A DNA stretch of 64,000 nucleotides from an uncultured Eggerthellaceae bacterium (GCA_947565915.1 CANOHY010000004.1:9254-73253); one strand, 5' to 3'. Numbered from the stretch's first letter, positions 38,901 through 45,732 are shown. Notes: generated from the sequence alone by a model not told the origin. Translations and numbers: made by a program.

Positions 38901-39681
38901 ACGCGAGGACGCACGCGCATCCCTTCGAGAGCGCGCCTGCGAGCTTTCCCTTCGCTCGCGCGACCACGGGAAGCGCAAGCAGGCTGCGCCGAGGGCCGAG
39001 CGTCGCTTCCTGGCGCACGATGGCCGATATGCAGCAGAGCCACGCAACGCCGCCGATTAGGTTCAATGCGAAATGTAGAGCCCCTCGCATGCCATAAGGC
39101 GCAAGGCCTATGGCGGCGCCCAGCAGATGCGAGGCGCCCGCGAAGGCCGCCGTGAGCAGCAGGAGCGCGAGCAAGAGGTGCTTGGATGCTGCGAGCGCAT
39201 CTGTCGCCTTCGGGCGCCCAAGCCCGAGGACCGGGGCCAGGAAGAGCGCGAGCATCACTGGCACTGCGAGCACGGCGAGCACCTGTGCGAAGATGGCGAT
39301 GGCGATGGCCACCCCGTCGCGGCCGACCAGGCTGCCGAGCAGCGCCTGGAAGAGGAGCGCGAAGAGCACGCTGGCAACGCCCAGAGCGAGGGCGAAGGCC
39401 GCGAGCAGCCCGAATGCGCGCAGCAGCGCAGATGCCGCTTGCCGTGGTTCGCGACAGGCTAGCTCGCGCCCTAGATCGCGCGCGAGCTCGCGTCGCAGAG
39501 CGAGCCCGCATGCCACGATGGCCAGCGCGAGCAGCACGAAGAGCCCATAGACGATGGGCGCGGGAACGCTTCTGAGCCGGTTGGAGAGGGCGGCATCTGC
39601 CAGAGCATAGGTGAGCGACGCGCATAGCGAGAGCGCGCACGAAAGGAGCAGAGCTCTTTGTTGAAAGAAATTCCCCCTCAT
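29911..39681 (-). CDS. giant RHS/YD-repeat polymorphic toxin (WapA-like): N-terminal polytopic membrane region, LysM-like segment, YD-repeat shell, RHS-core end, 284-aa C-terminal domain of unknown family
   Basis: 3256 aa from ATG 39681 (AGGAGGTG 7 nt upstream), whereas the track ORF starts 25 codons earlier. It carries dozens of YxYDxxGN/R repeats and VNLSTGNF at the repeat start. The core end reads ...GLVYLRARF...SQDTYLG...GDPVNAIDPSGH. Confidence 0.9.
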   Translation of the reverse strand: MRGNFFQQRALLLSCALSLCASLTYALADAALSNRLRSVPAPIVYGLFVLLALAIVACGLALRRELARDLGRELACREPRQAASALLRAFGLLAAFALALGVASVLFALLFQALLGSLVGRDGVAIAIAIFAQVLAVLAVPVMLALFLAPVLGLGRPKATDALAASKHLLLALLLLTAAFAGASHLLGAAIGLAPYGMRGALHFALNLIGGVAWLCCISAIVRQEATLGPRRSLLALPVVARAKGKLAGALSKGCACVLAFVLAFSLGGKVSFAHAAEVQEQLAERIEEQAELASSLADGVATEGAEKPEEAKAPEPADPKAAPPEDFYGFELDEVPGTPVATDGEAVVFQEDARHFTTVIGGRDLVYATEDGALAPIDNTLVAVPGKEAGNPTYVNAANSFSAELPAKMDEGRGLVLRADECSIGLVPLDGDFTVSAAEGTSIRYTEVAEGIDYQYTLVGSLVKEDVILKREVAPRTFRTRIDLPARLACALEEGSVVVRDAAGELVATIAAPDMEDAAGAVSDGVRLALDEEEGAPVIALDIDWEWASAPERAYPVRIDPSVSIGASKTTITVVESAWDRVIGDSGFLPVGYDDGVATASGAFNPGGRGHEFCRVYAKFDYDFAANMNEERIDSATFSLYQFTTLSAGKNNMGAYRMDEAWDYYTLKWNTQKNAKHTFLSFKKARTSEGYVKWDVREAVNAWAQGLAAPNGIVLKSEDERNMQCEVFSGNTSANPPKLEVKWSTPDPVSPSYPLNSTTVALRPVTETTVAGTQAVDGVFADGVATPGAAVGWQLDGRGDAGASIASKSYKYPDSSAWEAAYPNATKYKDKLGNWQTPLFANLSADALYSLRAQPVLNATVGKEVASDKFLIYQAKATDTLPYIAKHYGVSLSTICADNHVHDSLSIKGNTLFVRNPKTTAAYNPSNLSVDQKRRIDSALMGRAKHCEYGYEPVNLSTGNFVMERVDASVPEVEGDFKLARTYNSKAADVAGAFGRGWSFAWDASLSMTDANTIAYSAGDGKVYFFSRASGLTFRCPEEPALTLTGTRYTQNKVDYVRWTLSRQDGSYDSFDAWGLMTSRTSALGLATTIQRNAEGLVSAVVSPSGIRFGLEWDAAGHITKLALPGGAACTYGYDASGNLVSATEPNGATSRYGYDGAHRMTSFRDPDGNMAVRNAYDNQGRVISQTDALGGVVRFSYVGGATIATDAMGQVTTYRYDSLMRTVGIGYPDGTSVSRGYDASGNLAYDEEGIYAHDGRGNLTCSTSPDGWATSYSYDGKNRLVGQVNPDGEEISYAYSAAGDLVSQTSSSGEAFSFEYDSAHRLLRATDADGVSIAYAYSGPWVTSETDALGRTTAYAYDAMGRRVSVTDPAGNISRTMYDAAGNIVGETDGTGAHTTYELTPMGYLASLVDANGQRTAFIRDAKGQATSVTLPSGATESYAYDAAGNQVAHTDALGNVESWSYDCKGRCTAHADLAGNATSYAYDARGYLTSEEGPDGAITTYERDGTYGVALATIDALGNRTESTYDTMGRLTKSEDALGTIAERAYASGGRLISEADGAGATTSYAYTAAGRLAKVDVEGRIWELAYDEAGQMTSMVDPAGEEWAFAYDAAGNLASATDPEGNVTTYAYDGAGRQVSTTDPEGATISTEYDVRGNVIAQVDGAGVEVRYAYGSIGELLSVTDGAGNVTAFEYDAVGNLVKTTDARGFTTAFEYDALGRAVAAIDALGNRTEQGYDAAGNVARTVDARGNAASLAYDALGNLTSLTDVMGVTLSFAYDVRGNMTSASDGDARHWDFGYDGAGRQISKTDMLGRTVTSEYDEWGEVVRATDAAGAVTTYAYDACGLLVSTTDALGNASTRKHDKCGNLVLEQDAAGNRTAYQYDGCGRVVAAIDKAGAMSAYAYDDAGRIVAMTDGEGYRRTYGYDEAGNLTSETDPLGNETAYAYDGAGNLVRFALPSGRALSFDYDGVGNLIAWRDPSGAESSYAYDGAGNVTAAKDPLSHATAYAYDAAGNVTSMTDPIGATTTLEHDQVGNLIRVTDAVGATQTYAYDVADRLVGTTTPLGRELALSYDVMDNIVGIADNLGLENAFAYDALGRLTSATDSNGSERKWAYDAVGNVIAYRDGAGNATRIAYDGMGRPTSMTDGAGATARYAYDKRGNLVSATSGATVEAAFSYDAAGNLASKKVGKGVSTWRYDADGRVVAATDAFGTASAFGYDEAGRLMASVKAASADGAASALRSLQESGQAPEGAQSARYAYDAAGNLTSRSEGTSQPTTYSYDAAGRIASVTDGAGSTTYERDALGNVASATDALGATTSYAYDALGNLTSVTSPTGATERIARDAAGRPTSYVDGAGTETRFAYDGEGNLTSKSYPASPGSEVGYAYDDEGNLASRSDWTGTYMREYDGAGRIASETDGAGRRLAYSYDGDGRVSSVAYPDGKVARYSYDVAGNPASISTDAGSWNISCDAEGRPASVARPDGSSTSWQRDGLGRISAVENLDAHGDPVSSYAYAYDGAGRIAREQWQAEGLGEGSRELSYDDAGRLAGVAGTGPDGAFKESFAYDAAGNRVEASRTGAGAYHATFAYDADGRLVSSTSNEGKTTYAYDDAGNLTELEAPDGTTTYSYGLENRLTAVMQGDALSLGVAYDGDGNRVWQASVGEEAIAQGGVSASEGVADALPNLGDGLAPLALALCSGFAGSLGIANPAASGALLQLLASKWHARGRGRGRDELDADDLSDDATGGLGAGEPPVSSIAGELASGGVIVGMDERAYASTSLSDVAQPLATVGEDGATSDHLYLFDAGGDDLTALLDPVATEAQPELSLMSAVAEPSANSTAASVETRGLPQADSGSFSALPLAEGATSYAFDGRGSVTAAFDGSGSLVGTAAFSVTGTIEAATGTLPSRGWNAEEADSATGLVYLRARFLVTATLSFASQDTYLGQAANPASQLRYAYSEGDPVNAIDPSGHKMLTSYEAEYKAEAERRRQESIMAKYSPSSKERTYERRREYNESHQLTTTAQRMYNEQQLSKMQEGADRSYLAWSMYNNGWISRAAAEKYCSQYLHMGKEAPKPMAAAQCATALDALQKGASFTIEITKGANAVGWQAARVVVKSGTGFGESSLAAMNKILSGAGKVVGAIGVATGIGSVAVDTYAAYNNPNVTPDRAASDASVEFLADSWVFVGATAGGLMAASGAYILAGTLIGGPAGLIAMAVVGVAFGIGALMADKYLEDSGKKQQWKDNQYAANHSNGR

Positions 39682-39798
39682 GGCATCCACCTCCTGGCGG
39701 ATGCCATGAATCTTACCATTTTCAAGCCCCAAAATCAAGCTCTGACCGGGGAACACTTGTTAGTGTCAGAAAGCGCTGATGATATATAGCCAATTCGA

Positions 39799-39827
39799 AA
39801 TCATCGAACATCGAATCCAGAAGTCAA
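39799..39827 (-). promoter_or_regulatory. candidate promoter for the RHS gene (TTGACT - 17 nt - ATGATT)
   Basis: It lies in an A/T-rich 107-nt gap between the PspC-domain gene stop and the RHS 5' region. The -35 is good and the -10 is weak. An alternative TATATA lies at 39783-39788. Confidence 0.25.
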
Positions 39828-39863
39828 TCGAAGCGCACGCTAACCCCGATGTGCACCTTGATG

Positions 39864-40685
39864 CTAGATGAAGAACACGCCCAACGATGGGGCGCCGAAC
39901 ACCCCCAAAGCCGTATCGAGCAAGCCAATGGGCCCAGGGATGATGCAACAAGCGGCGCTGACCGCGCAAAAGGCTATGAAGCCGAATGCGCCGAACATGG
40001 TGACCGCCGACGAGCAACTCCAAACCCCAACCACGAACAAGATTGCCGCAGCCAAGAGCAGCGGCCAGAACAGCTGAATGGCATAAGGAATCGTTCTGGG
40101 CGACACCAACCCCGTACAAATGGGCAGTACGGCGATGGACGAAGCTGCAAGCATGATGCCCGCCGCACGCCAAGCCGAGCAATGGCGCGAGCGCACCGGC
40201 ACAACGATGAAGAAAAGCCCTGTTATGAATGGCAGCACTGGCCAGAAGTTCCACCAAGGAACTCCTGGCACCAGCAATCCCAGCAAAAGGGCTGTGGCAA
40301 GCGCAAGCGCCCCAAGCGCCACCACAATGACCACGCGCGACAACAGCGACAAACCACGAAGCGGAAGCCGTACGAGCTCCTTTTGACCCTCGTCGTCGGT
40401 TACCAAGTACAAATCGGCTTCATGGTGGCTCGCGCGCTTGGCGTCCTGCACCATCACGTCGTAGGGGCCCGACTTGTCGGGCTCGAGCGGCACATGCGCC
40501 CACAGCACCAGATAGGCAATGGAAGCCAGGCCAGCCGTTACCACCATAAGGAGCACGGCCATGATGCGGATGACCAACGGGTCGACCTCGCAGTAATTGG
40601 CGATGCCCGCACATACGCCGCCCACATACGCATCGCGCGAGCGATACAAGCGGCGCTTCGACCTTTGTCGCACGGCAACAGCCAT
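39864..40685 (-). CDS. PspC-domain membrane protein
   Basis: It has RLYRSRDAYVGGVCAGIANYCEVDPLVIRIMAVLLMV (PspC domain) plus ~6 further TM helices. The ATG at 40685 has a GAGGGG RBS and lies 4 nt after the upstream stop. The track start at 40739 overlaps the upstream gene. Confidence 0.7.
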   Translation of the reverse strand: MAVAVRQRSKRRLYRSRDAYVGGVCAGIANYCEVDPLVIRIMAVLLMVVTAGLASIAYLVLWAHVPLEPDKSGPYDVMVQDAKRASHHEADLYLVTDDEGQKELVRLPLRGLSLLSRVVIVVALGALALATALLLGLLVPGVPWWNFWPVLPFITGLFFIVVPVRSRHCSAWRAAGIMLAASSIAVLPICTGLVSPRTIPYAIQLFWPLLLAAAILFVVGVWSCSSAVTMFGAFGFIAFCAVSAACCIIPGPIGLLDTALGVFGAPSLGVFFI

Positions 40686-40689
40686 CAGG

Positions 40690-41580
40690 CTAACCCCTCG
40701 CATCCAGGCTCTCGGACTGCGCAACCCCCTCGCCGTCATCGGTGGCGGGCAATGCCTCGGCGCGCTTGACCAGCAGCGACTTTATGCGGCGGCGGCGCAT
40801 GGAAAGCACCTTGAACGTGAATCCGCCCACTGCGAACTCATCTCCCACCTTCGGCACGCGGCCCGTTGTGTCGATAAGCCACCCGGCGATGGTCTCGTAT
40901 TGGTCGGATTCCGTCACCGGCCACTGAAGCTCTTGGGCGTCTTCCACGGGAAATCGACCGTCCACCAACCACTCTCCAGCGCCAACCTCTTGCAAGTCGG
41001 GAGCATCGAGGTCGGTCTCGTCGGTGATCTCGCCCACTATCTCTTCCACAATGTCTTCTATGGTGATGAGCCCATCAGTGCCACCATACTCGTCGATCAC
41101 GATGGCCATCTGCTTGCAAGCCGTTTGCATCTCGGACAAAAGAGGCAGCACGTCCTTCGTCTCGGGCACGAAGAGCACATCGCTCATGAATTCGCTTGCC
41201 AGCGCATCATCGTTGCCGTCGAGCACAGCAGGAACCATGTCCTTGTAGTGCACGATGCCAACGATATGGTCCAGATCTTCGTGGTAGATGGGCAAGCGCG
41301 AATAACCTGTGCCCTGCATGCGCTCGAGCGCCTCGCGCGCCGTTTGCGAATCCTCCACGGCAATGATGTCCACTCGTGGTTGCATGACCTCGGCTGCCGT
41401 AAGATCATCCAGGGAGAGAATCTCCCCGATCATGCGCTTCTCTTCCTCTTGCAGCTCGTCGGCGTCGTCTACGAGCTCTTTGAACTCCTCTTGCGAAACC
41501 GGCTTCTTGCCACGCGAGAACGCCGACTTCAAGCCATTGAGAATGCCCGATTGCGGGCCATCTTCACTTCCCATGTCCAC
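40690..41580 (-). CDS. CBS-pair plus CorC/HlyC transporter-associated domain protein
   Basis: It has a tandem CBS region (VMQPRVDIIAVED...RLPIYHEDLDHIVGIVHYKD) and a C-terminal CorC_HlyC segment (WLVDGRFPVEDAQEL...FTFKVLSM). Start is GTG 41580 or ATG 41574. Confidence 0.85.
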   Translation of the reverse strand: MDMGSEDGPQSGILNGLKSAFSRGKKPVSQEEFKELVDDADELQEEEKRMIGEILSLDDLTAAEVMQPRVDIIAVEDSQTAREALERMQGTGYSRLPIYHEDLDHIVGIVHYKDMVPAVLDGNDDALASEFMSDVLFVPETKDVLPLLSEMQTACKQMAIVIDEYGGTDGLITIEDIVEEIVGEITDETDLDAPDLQEVGAGEWLVDGRFPVEDAQELQWPVTESDQYETIAGWLIDTTGRVPKVGDEFAVGGFTFKVLSMRRRRIKSLLVKRAEALPATDDGEGVAQSESLDARG

Positions 41581-41583
41581 CCC

Positions 41584-42822
41584 TTAGTTGATGCGCGCTG
41601 CACTGCTCGGATTCATGCTCATGGTTTGGAACCTATTGGCCATGAACTGATCGTCGTAGTGCTCGTTGCAAAACTCCACGATAGCAGAGGGATCCTCGTA
41701 GTTCATCGTACCTGCCTCGCGCTGATACCAGCAATCGAGGGCTGCCAGCGTAAGCAGGCAGTCGGCAAGCATCAGCGTTGCGCAGACCACCGTTACCGTG
41801 TAGCGCCAGTTCCAGGGTATCAGATTCACTATCTTCAGCATGATGGGCAGCAGCAGCTTCACCCAAACCAACCCCAGAACACCCCACATGCACATGAACA
41901 TGCCGTTCGTGCGTCCATCGATGGAAAGGAACGTGCCCGAGTAGTCCCAAGCCGTGATGCCGAATGCGGTTTGCATGAACCAGCTGACAAAGAACTCGAA
42001 CGCACCACCCAGAACGGCGCTCACCAAGAAGATGAGGATGGGGTTCTTGTCGTGGAAGCGGTTGAGCACCACTGTCATAAGCACCGCTCCGAAGCCGTAG
42101 ATGGGGCTGAAGGGCCCATAGAGCAACCCGGCGCGATCCTGGTAATGACCAGGGTCCACCACCGTCACATGGTAGATGTCCTCGATTCCCAGCCCTAGCA
42201 TGCAGGCGATGACGAACACCCAGAACAGGTTGAAGAAGTTTAGCGTTATATAGCCACGACCGGTGGTGTCGCGCCCTAGGGTTCCCTCTTCTGCCTCCTG
42301 CTTCAACTCGAGCTCTTGCAAATGCCGCTGCAAGTGCCGCTCCTCGGCAAGCGAGGGGTCGGAATAGGTTTGCAGGGCGATCAGGATGATGAAGTTCACG
42401 GCTTCGGGCAGCACTTCCACGCTGATGCCCGTCAGCATGAGCTGGCACAATATGGCAACGACCTCCAACGCCAGCATGGCATTTGCCAGCGTGGCGGCCC
42501 GGCGACGCCTGCCGCGAAGCAGGCGGATGCCCAGCACGATGAACATCGATGAGAGCACCGCTGCATCGACAGCCTGCACCACCGTAACCACGAGAGTGAC
42601 CACGGTATCCTGGCGGATGTCGTTCAGATCGAGCTGGCCACCGAACACCAGCACCAGCATCCAAACGATGCTCGCAATCTGCACAAGGCCGCCCAGAAAT
42701 GCTATGACGCCATAGATGCGTATGACCAGAGGATAATGCCGTGGTTTCTCATCCTCGAGGGGGGCCAGTTCGTTTCTGATCTTGTGGTGGCTCAAATGGC
42801 TCTCCTTGAATGTCGTTTGCAA
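41584..42822 (-). CDS. polytopic membrane protein with C-terminal PF06541-like (putative ABC-transporter type IV / DUF1113) region
   Basis: It has LLYGPFSPIYGFGAVLMTVVLNRF...GGAFEFFVSWFMQTAFGITAWDYSG. The start is uncertain because the track uses TTG. Confidence 0.6.
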   Translation of the reverse strand: MQTTFKESHLSHHKIRNELAPLEDEKPRHYPLVIRIYGVIAFLGGLVQIASIVWMLVLVFGGQLDLNDIRQDTVVTLVVTVVQAVDAAVLSSMFIVLGIRLLRGRRRRAATLANAMLALEVVAILCQLMLTGISVEVLPEAVNFIILIALQTYSDPSLAEERHLQRHLQELELKQEAEEGTLGRDTTGRGYITLNFFNLFWVFVIACMLGLGIEDIYHVTVVDPGHYQDRAGLLYGPFSPIYGFGAVLMTVVLNRFHDKNPILIFLVSAVLGGAFEFFVSWFMQTAFGITAWDYSGTFLSIDGRTNGMFMCMWGVLGLVWVKLLLPIMLKIVNLIPWNWRYTVTVVCATLMLADCLLTLAALDCWYQREAGTMNYEDPSAIVEFCNEHYDDQFMANRFQTMSMNPSSAARIN

Positions 42823-42861
42823 AGCTACACGGCTGCGACGGGTATCGCAACCTTGCAGCTG

Positions 42862-43875
42862 CTATCTCAGTCGTCCTCGGAACTTGCGATAGATGATCAC
42901 GTGATACACCAGAACAAGCGGCACGCCTATGCAGGTTATGCCCATCATCCAGGCCAACGTGTAATCACCTGAAGCAGCATTGGCAATGGTTATGGAGGGC
43001 CCAACACTGCCAGCCGATGCCACCACGAGGTTCGGGAACATCGAGGTGGCCAGCAGGAACACGAGCGCTCCCGCTGCAAGCGACTGCAACAGGAACACCG
43101 GCATGTCCTTGTCCGAGCCGCCCAAGACGATAGCCGCCAGAAGAGCGACCACCACTATGGCAGCGAAGAGAATGCGCGCGATGCTCAAGGCAGGATCCAT
43201 GTCGGGCTTCACGATGCCAAGCGCATAGGCCGACACCGCAACCACCAGCACGATGGCGAGCACTTGAAGCACGCGACGCCACGAGCGAGCACGACGTTGG
43301 ATGGAAGAGTCGATGGGCATCTTCGCCGCCAGCCATGCGGCACCAGCGGCGCAGAACATCACCAAGCCCAGAATGCCCGTGAGCAACGTGAACGGCGTCA
43401 CCAAGCCCAGCAGGGGAACTCCTGCGTAGTCGCCATTGGCCGTCATGGGGATGCCTGCCAGGATATTGCCCACGGCAACCCCCATCAGAAGCGCTGGCAG
43501 CAGCGACCCCACGAAGAAGCAGGCGTTCCAAAGCTTGCGCCAACGCACGTCGTGATGTGCGAACTCAAGCGACACGGCACGCACGATGAGTCCGAACAGC
43601 ACCAGCATGATAGCCAAGTAAAAACCCGAGAACGTGGTGGCATAGGCAGGTGCGAAGGCCGCGAACAAAGCGCCGCCCGCTGTGAGGAGCCACACCTCGT
43701 TGCCGTCCCACACCGGCCCGATGCTGCGGCGCGCAAGCGCCTTCTCCTCGTCGGTGCGCGCGACGAAGGGGTATAGCACGCCCACGCCCAAATCGAACCC
43801 GTCCAATACGAAATAGCCTGCGATCAGCAAGAAGATGAGGAAGAACCAGATGATGCCGAGAATCGTCATTCCCAT
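42862..43875 (-). CDS. cydB: cytochrome bd oxidase subunit II
   Basis: From ATG 43875 the protein reads MGMTILGIIWFFLIFLLIAGYFVLDGFDLGVG, the CydB N-terminal signature. This start lies 1 nt after the cydA stop, and the track start is an upstream extension. Confidence 0.88.
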   Translation of the reverse strand: MGMTILGIIWFFLIFLLIAGYFVLDGFDLGVGVLYPFVARTDEEKALARRSIGPVWDGNEVWLLTAGGALFAAFAPAYATTFSGFYLAIMLVLFGLIVRAVSLEFAHHDVRWRKLWNACFFVGSLLPALLMGVAVGNILAGIPMTANGDYAGVPLLGLVTPFTLLTGILGLVMFCAAGAAWLAAKMPIDSSIQRRARSWRRVLQVLAIVLVVAVSAYALGIVKPDMDPALSIARILFAAIVVVALLAAIVLGGSDKDMPVFLLQSLAAGALVFLLATSMFPNLVVASAGSVGPSITIANAASGDYTLAWMMGITCIGVPLVLVYHVIIYRKFRGRLR

Positions 43876-43876
43876 A

Positions 43877-45439
43877 TCACTCGCCTCCCTTCTGCGCAGC
43901 GGCGTCCGGTGCGACAACCACCTCTTCGGTTGCCTCGACCTTAACGGCGCCAGCGCTTGCGGGCACGTCAAGCGAGCTCGCTGCAGCCTCAGCCGCTCCT
44001 ACGAAAGCAACCTCGGGAGCAGCCTTGGGAAGCGGAAACTCATCGGCCAGGCGATCCTCGATGGCACGGGGCTGCACTTCGGGACCTTCCTTCACGAACT
44101 TGGCCACGATGCGAATCCAAGCTATGAATATCACCAGGTAGATCAATACGAACAGTGCGATGGTTACCCACATCTCGAAGGCGCTCACCGAATGGGAGTA
44201 GGCGGCGTCGGTGAGAAGCGACACTCCATCGGGCGCATTGGCCGATGGATACACTACCCAAGGCTGACGCCCCAGCTCGGCCGTGAACCAACCCGCCTCG
44301 ATGGCAACTATAGGGAACAGCGGCGAGACGAACAGCACCCACTGCAGCCATTTCCACGAGCCCAGCTTCCCCTTCCTCATGCCAATGAAAGCAAGGATGA
44401 TGAGCAGCACCAGCACGCCGGAGATGGCAACCATCAGGTGGTATGTTTGAAAGATGCCGTTCACGGGCATCGTGGCAGGGTCAAGCTCGCCATACTGCTC
44501 GGTTTGCGCAAGGTCGTTCAAGCCAGGATACTCGGTATCCAACGTGCCCGTTGCAAGCATGCTGGTCATACCGGGGAGGCTTGGCCCATAGACGGTCTGG
44601 TTACCTTCGTCCACCCAGCCGAACAGATAGAGCGGAGGCACCTCGCTTTCGTATTGGCCCTCCATAGCTGCGAGCTTCGTTGGCTGCTCGTTCCACACGC
44701 CCACAGCGGTGGAATGCGCCGACGCGAACAGGGCTACGGTGGCCACCAGCGTGAGTACTAAGCCCGTCTTCATGGTCTTGCGGGCAAAGTCCAGGCTGCG
44801 CCCTTTCATGAAGTAGTAGGCCGCAACAGCCACAGCGCACAAGCCGCCCATCACGAGCGCCGCCGTGAGGGTGTGGAAGAAGCGGTTGCCCGTAGAGGGG
44901 TTGAAGGCCGCGGCGAAGAAGTCGGTGAGCACGGCCTTGCTGCCATCCGCCGCAAGCTCGGCTCCGGCAGGCGTTTGCATCCACGAGTTGGCGATGAGGA
45001 TCCACAGAGCCGAGAGGCACGAGCCGCCCCACACCAACCAGGCCGACACCGTATAGAAGCGCGGCGAAACCTTGTCGCGTCCGAACAGCAGCACGCCAAG
45101 GAACACCGATTCCAGAAAGAAGGCGAACAGCGCCTCGGCCGCAAGCGGTGCGCCGAAGATGTCACCCACGAAGCGCGAGTAATCTGCCCAGTTGGTGCCG
45201 AACGAGAACTCCATGGTGATTCCGGTCGCCACGCCTACCACGAACGTAGCCGTGAACACCTTCGTCCAGAACCAAGCTGCCTTCTGGTTCTCTTCCGTGC
45301 GGTTGCGATAGCATCGCGTTTGGGCGATGGCATTGACCAGCCCTATGCCGATGGAGATCGGCACGAAGACGAAATGGAATGCCACCGTCAGCGTGAACTG
45401 CAGCCGTGACAGGAATGCAACATCCGTCAAAAGCTCCAC
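43877..45439 (-). CDS. cydA: cytochrome bd oxidase subunit I (with ~70-aa Ala/Glu/Pro-rich C-terminal extension)
   Basis: It has MELLTDVAFLSRLQFTLTVAFHFVFVPISIG..., a Q-loop region and GWFTAELGRQPW. GTG start with GGGGGAGG RBS. Confidence 0.9.
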   Translation of the reverse strand: MELLTDVAFLSRLQFTLTVAFHFVFVPISIGIGLVNAIAQTRCYRNRTEENQKAAWFWTKVFTATFVVGVATGITMEFSFGTNWADYSRFVGDIFGAPLAAEALFAFFLESVFLGVLLFGRDKVSPRFYTVSAWLVWGGSCLSALWILIANSWMQTPAGAELAADGSKAVLTDFFAAAFNPSTGNRFFHTLTAALVMGGLCAVAVAAYYFMKGRSLDFARKTMKTGLVLTLVATVALFASAHSTAVGVWNEQPTKLAAMEGQYESEVPPLYLFGWVDEGNQTVYGPSLPGMTSMLATGTLDTEYPGLNDLAQTEQYGELDPATMPVNGIFQTYHLMVAISGVLVLLIILAFIGMRKGKLGSWKWLQWVLFVSPLFPIVAIEAGWFTAELGRQPWVVYPSANAPDGVSLLTDAAYSHSVSAFEMWVTIALFVLIYLVIFIAWIRIVAKFVKEGPEVQPRAIEDRLADEFPLPKAAPEVAFVGAAEAAASSLDVPASAGAVKVEATEEVVVAPDAAAQKGGE

Positions 45440-45732
45440 CGCAAGCCTCCCCCTTGAGAAAACTTCCCTAACGGCCCAATTCTAGCATTGCGTGCGCTTG
45501 TCAGAGCGCCCATTGACGCATGTCACCCATTCGAAATGTAACGCTAGTCCCCTGCGCCCCGACTTAATACGCACGGCCTTGGCTTCGCACCCAAACGCAG
45601 CGGCGAAATCTTCAACGAGCCTATAAGTCGCACAAGCATGAATGGGATTTCGCCTGCGTTTGTGGGCTGCAGAATCGGCCGTGTCATATCAAGCCGGGGC
45701 TCAACTTCAAAAACGCGAGTTGGCTGCCCTTC

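Noticed and set aside
39682-39756. 25-codon N-terminal extension of the RHS ORF in the track (MFPGQSLILGLENGKIHGIRQEVDA)
   Set aside because: The ATG at 39681 has a near-perfect AGGAGGTG 7 nt upstream, whereas the earlier ATG has none. The extension would read through that RBS.
28205-39827. RHS locus as a bounded mobile genetic island
   Set aside because: I found no integrase, transposase, tRNA attachment site or flanking direct repeats. Only a ~350-nt A/T-rich patch at the toxin/immunity junction differs in composition, and TM-codon bias can explain part of that.
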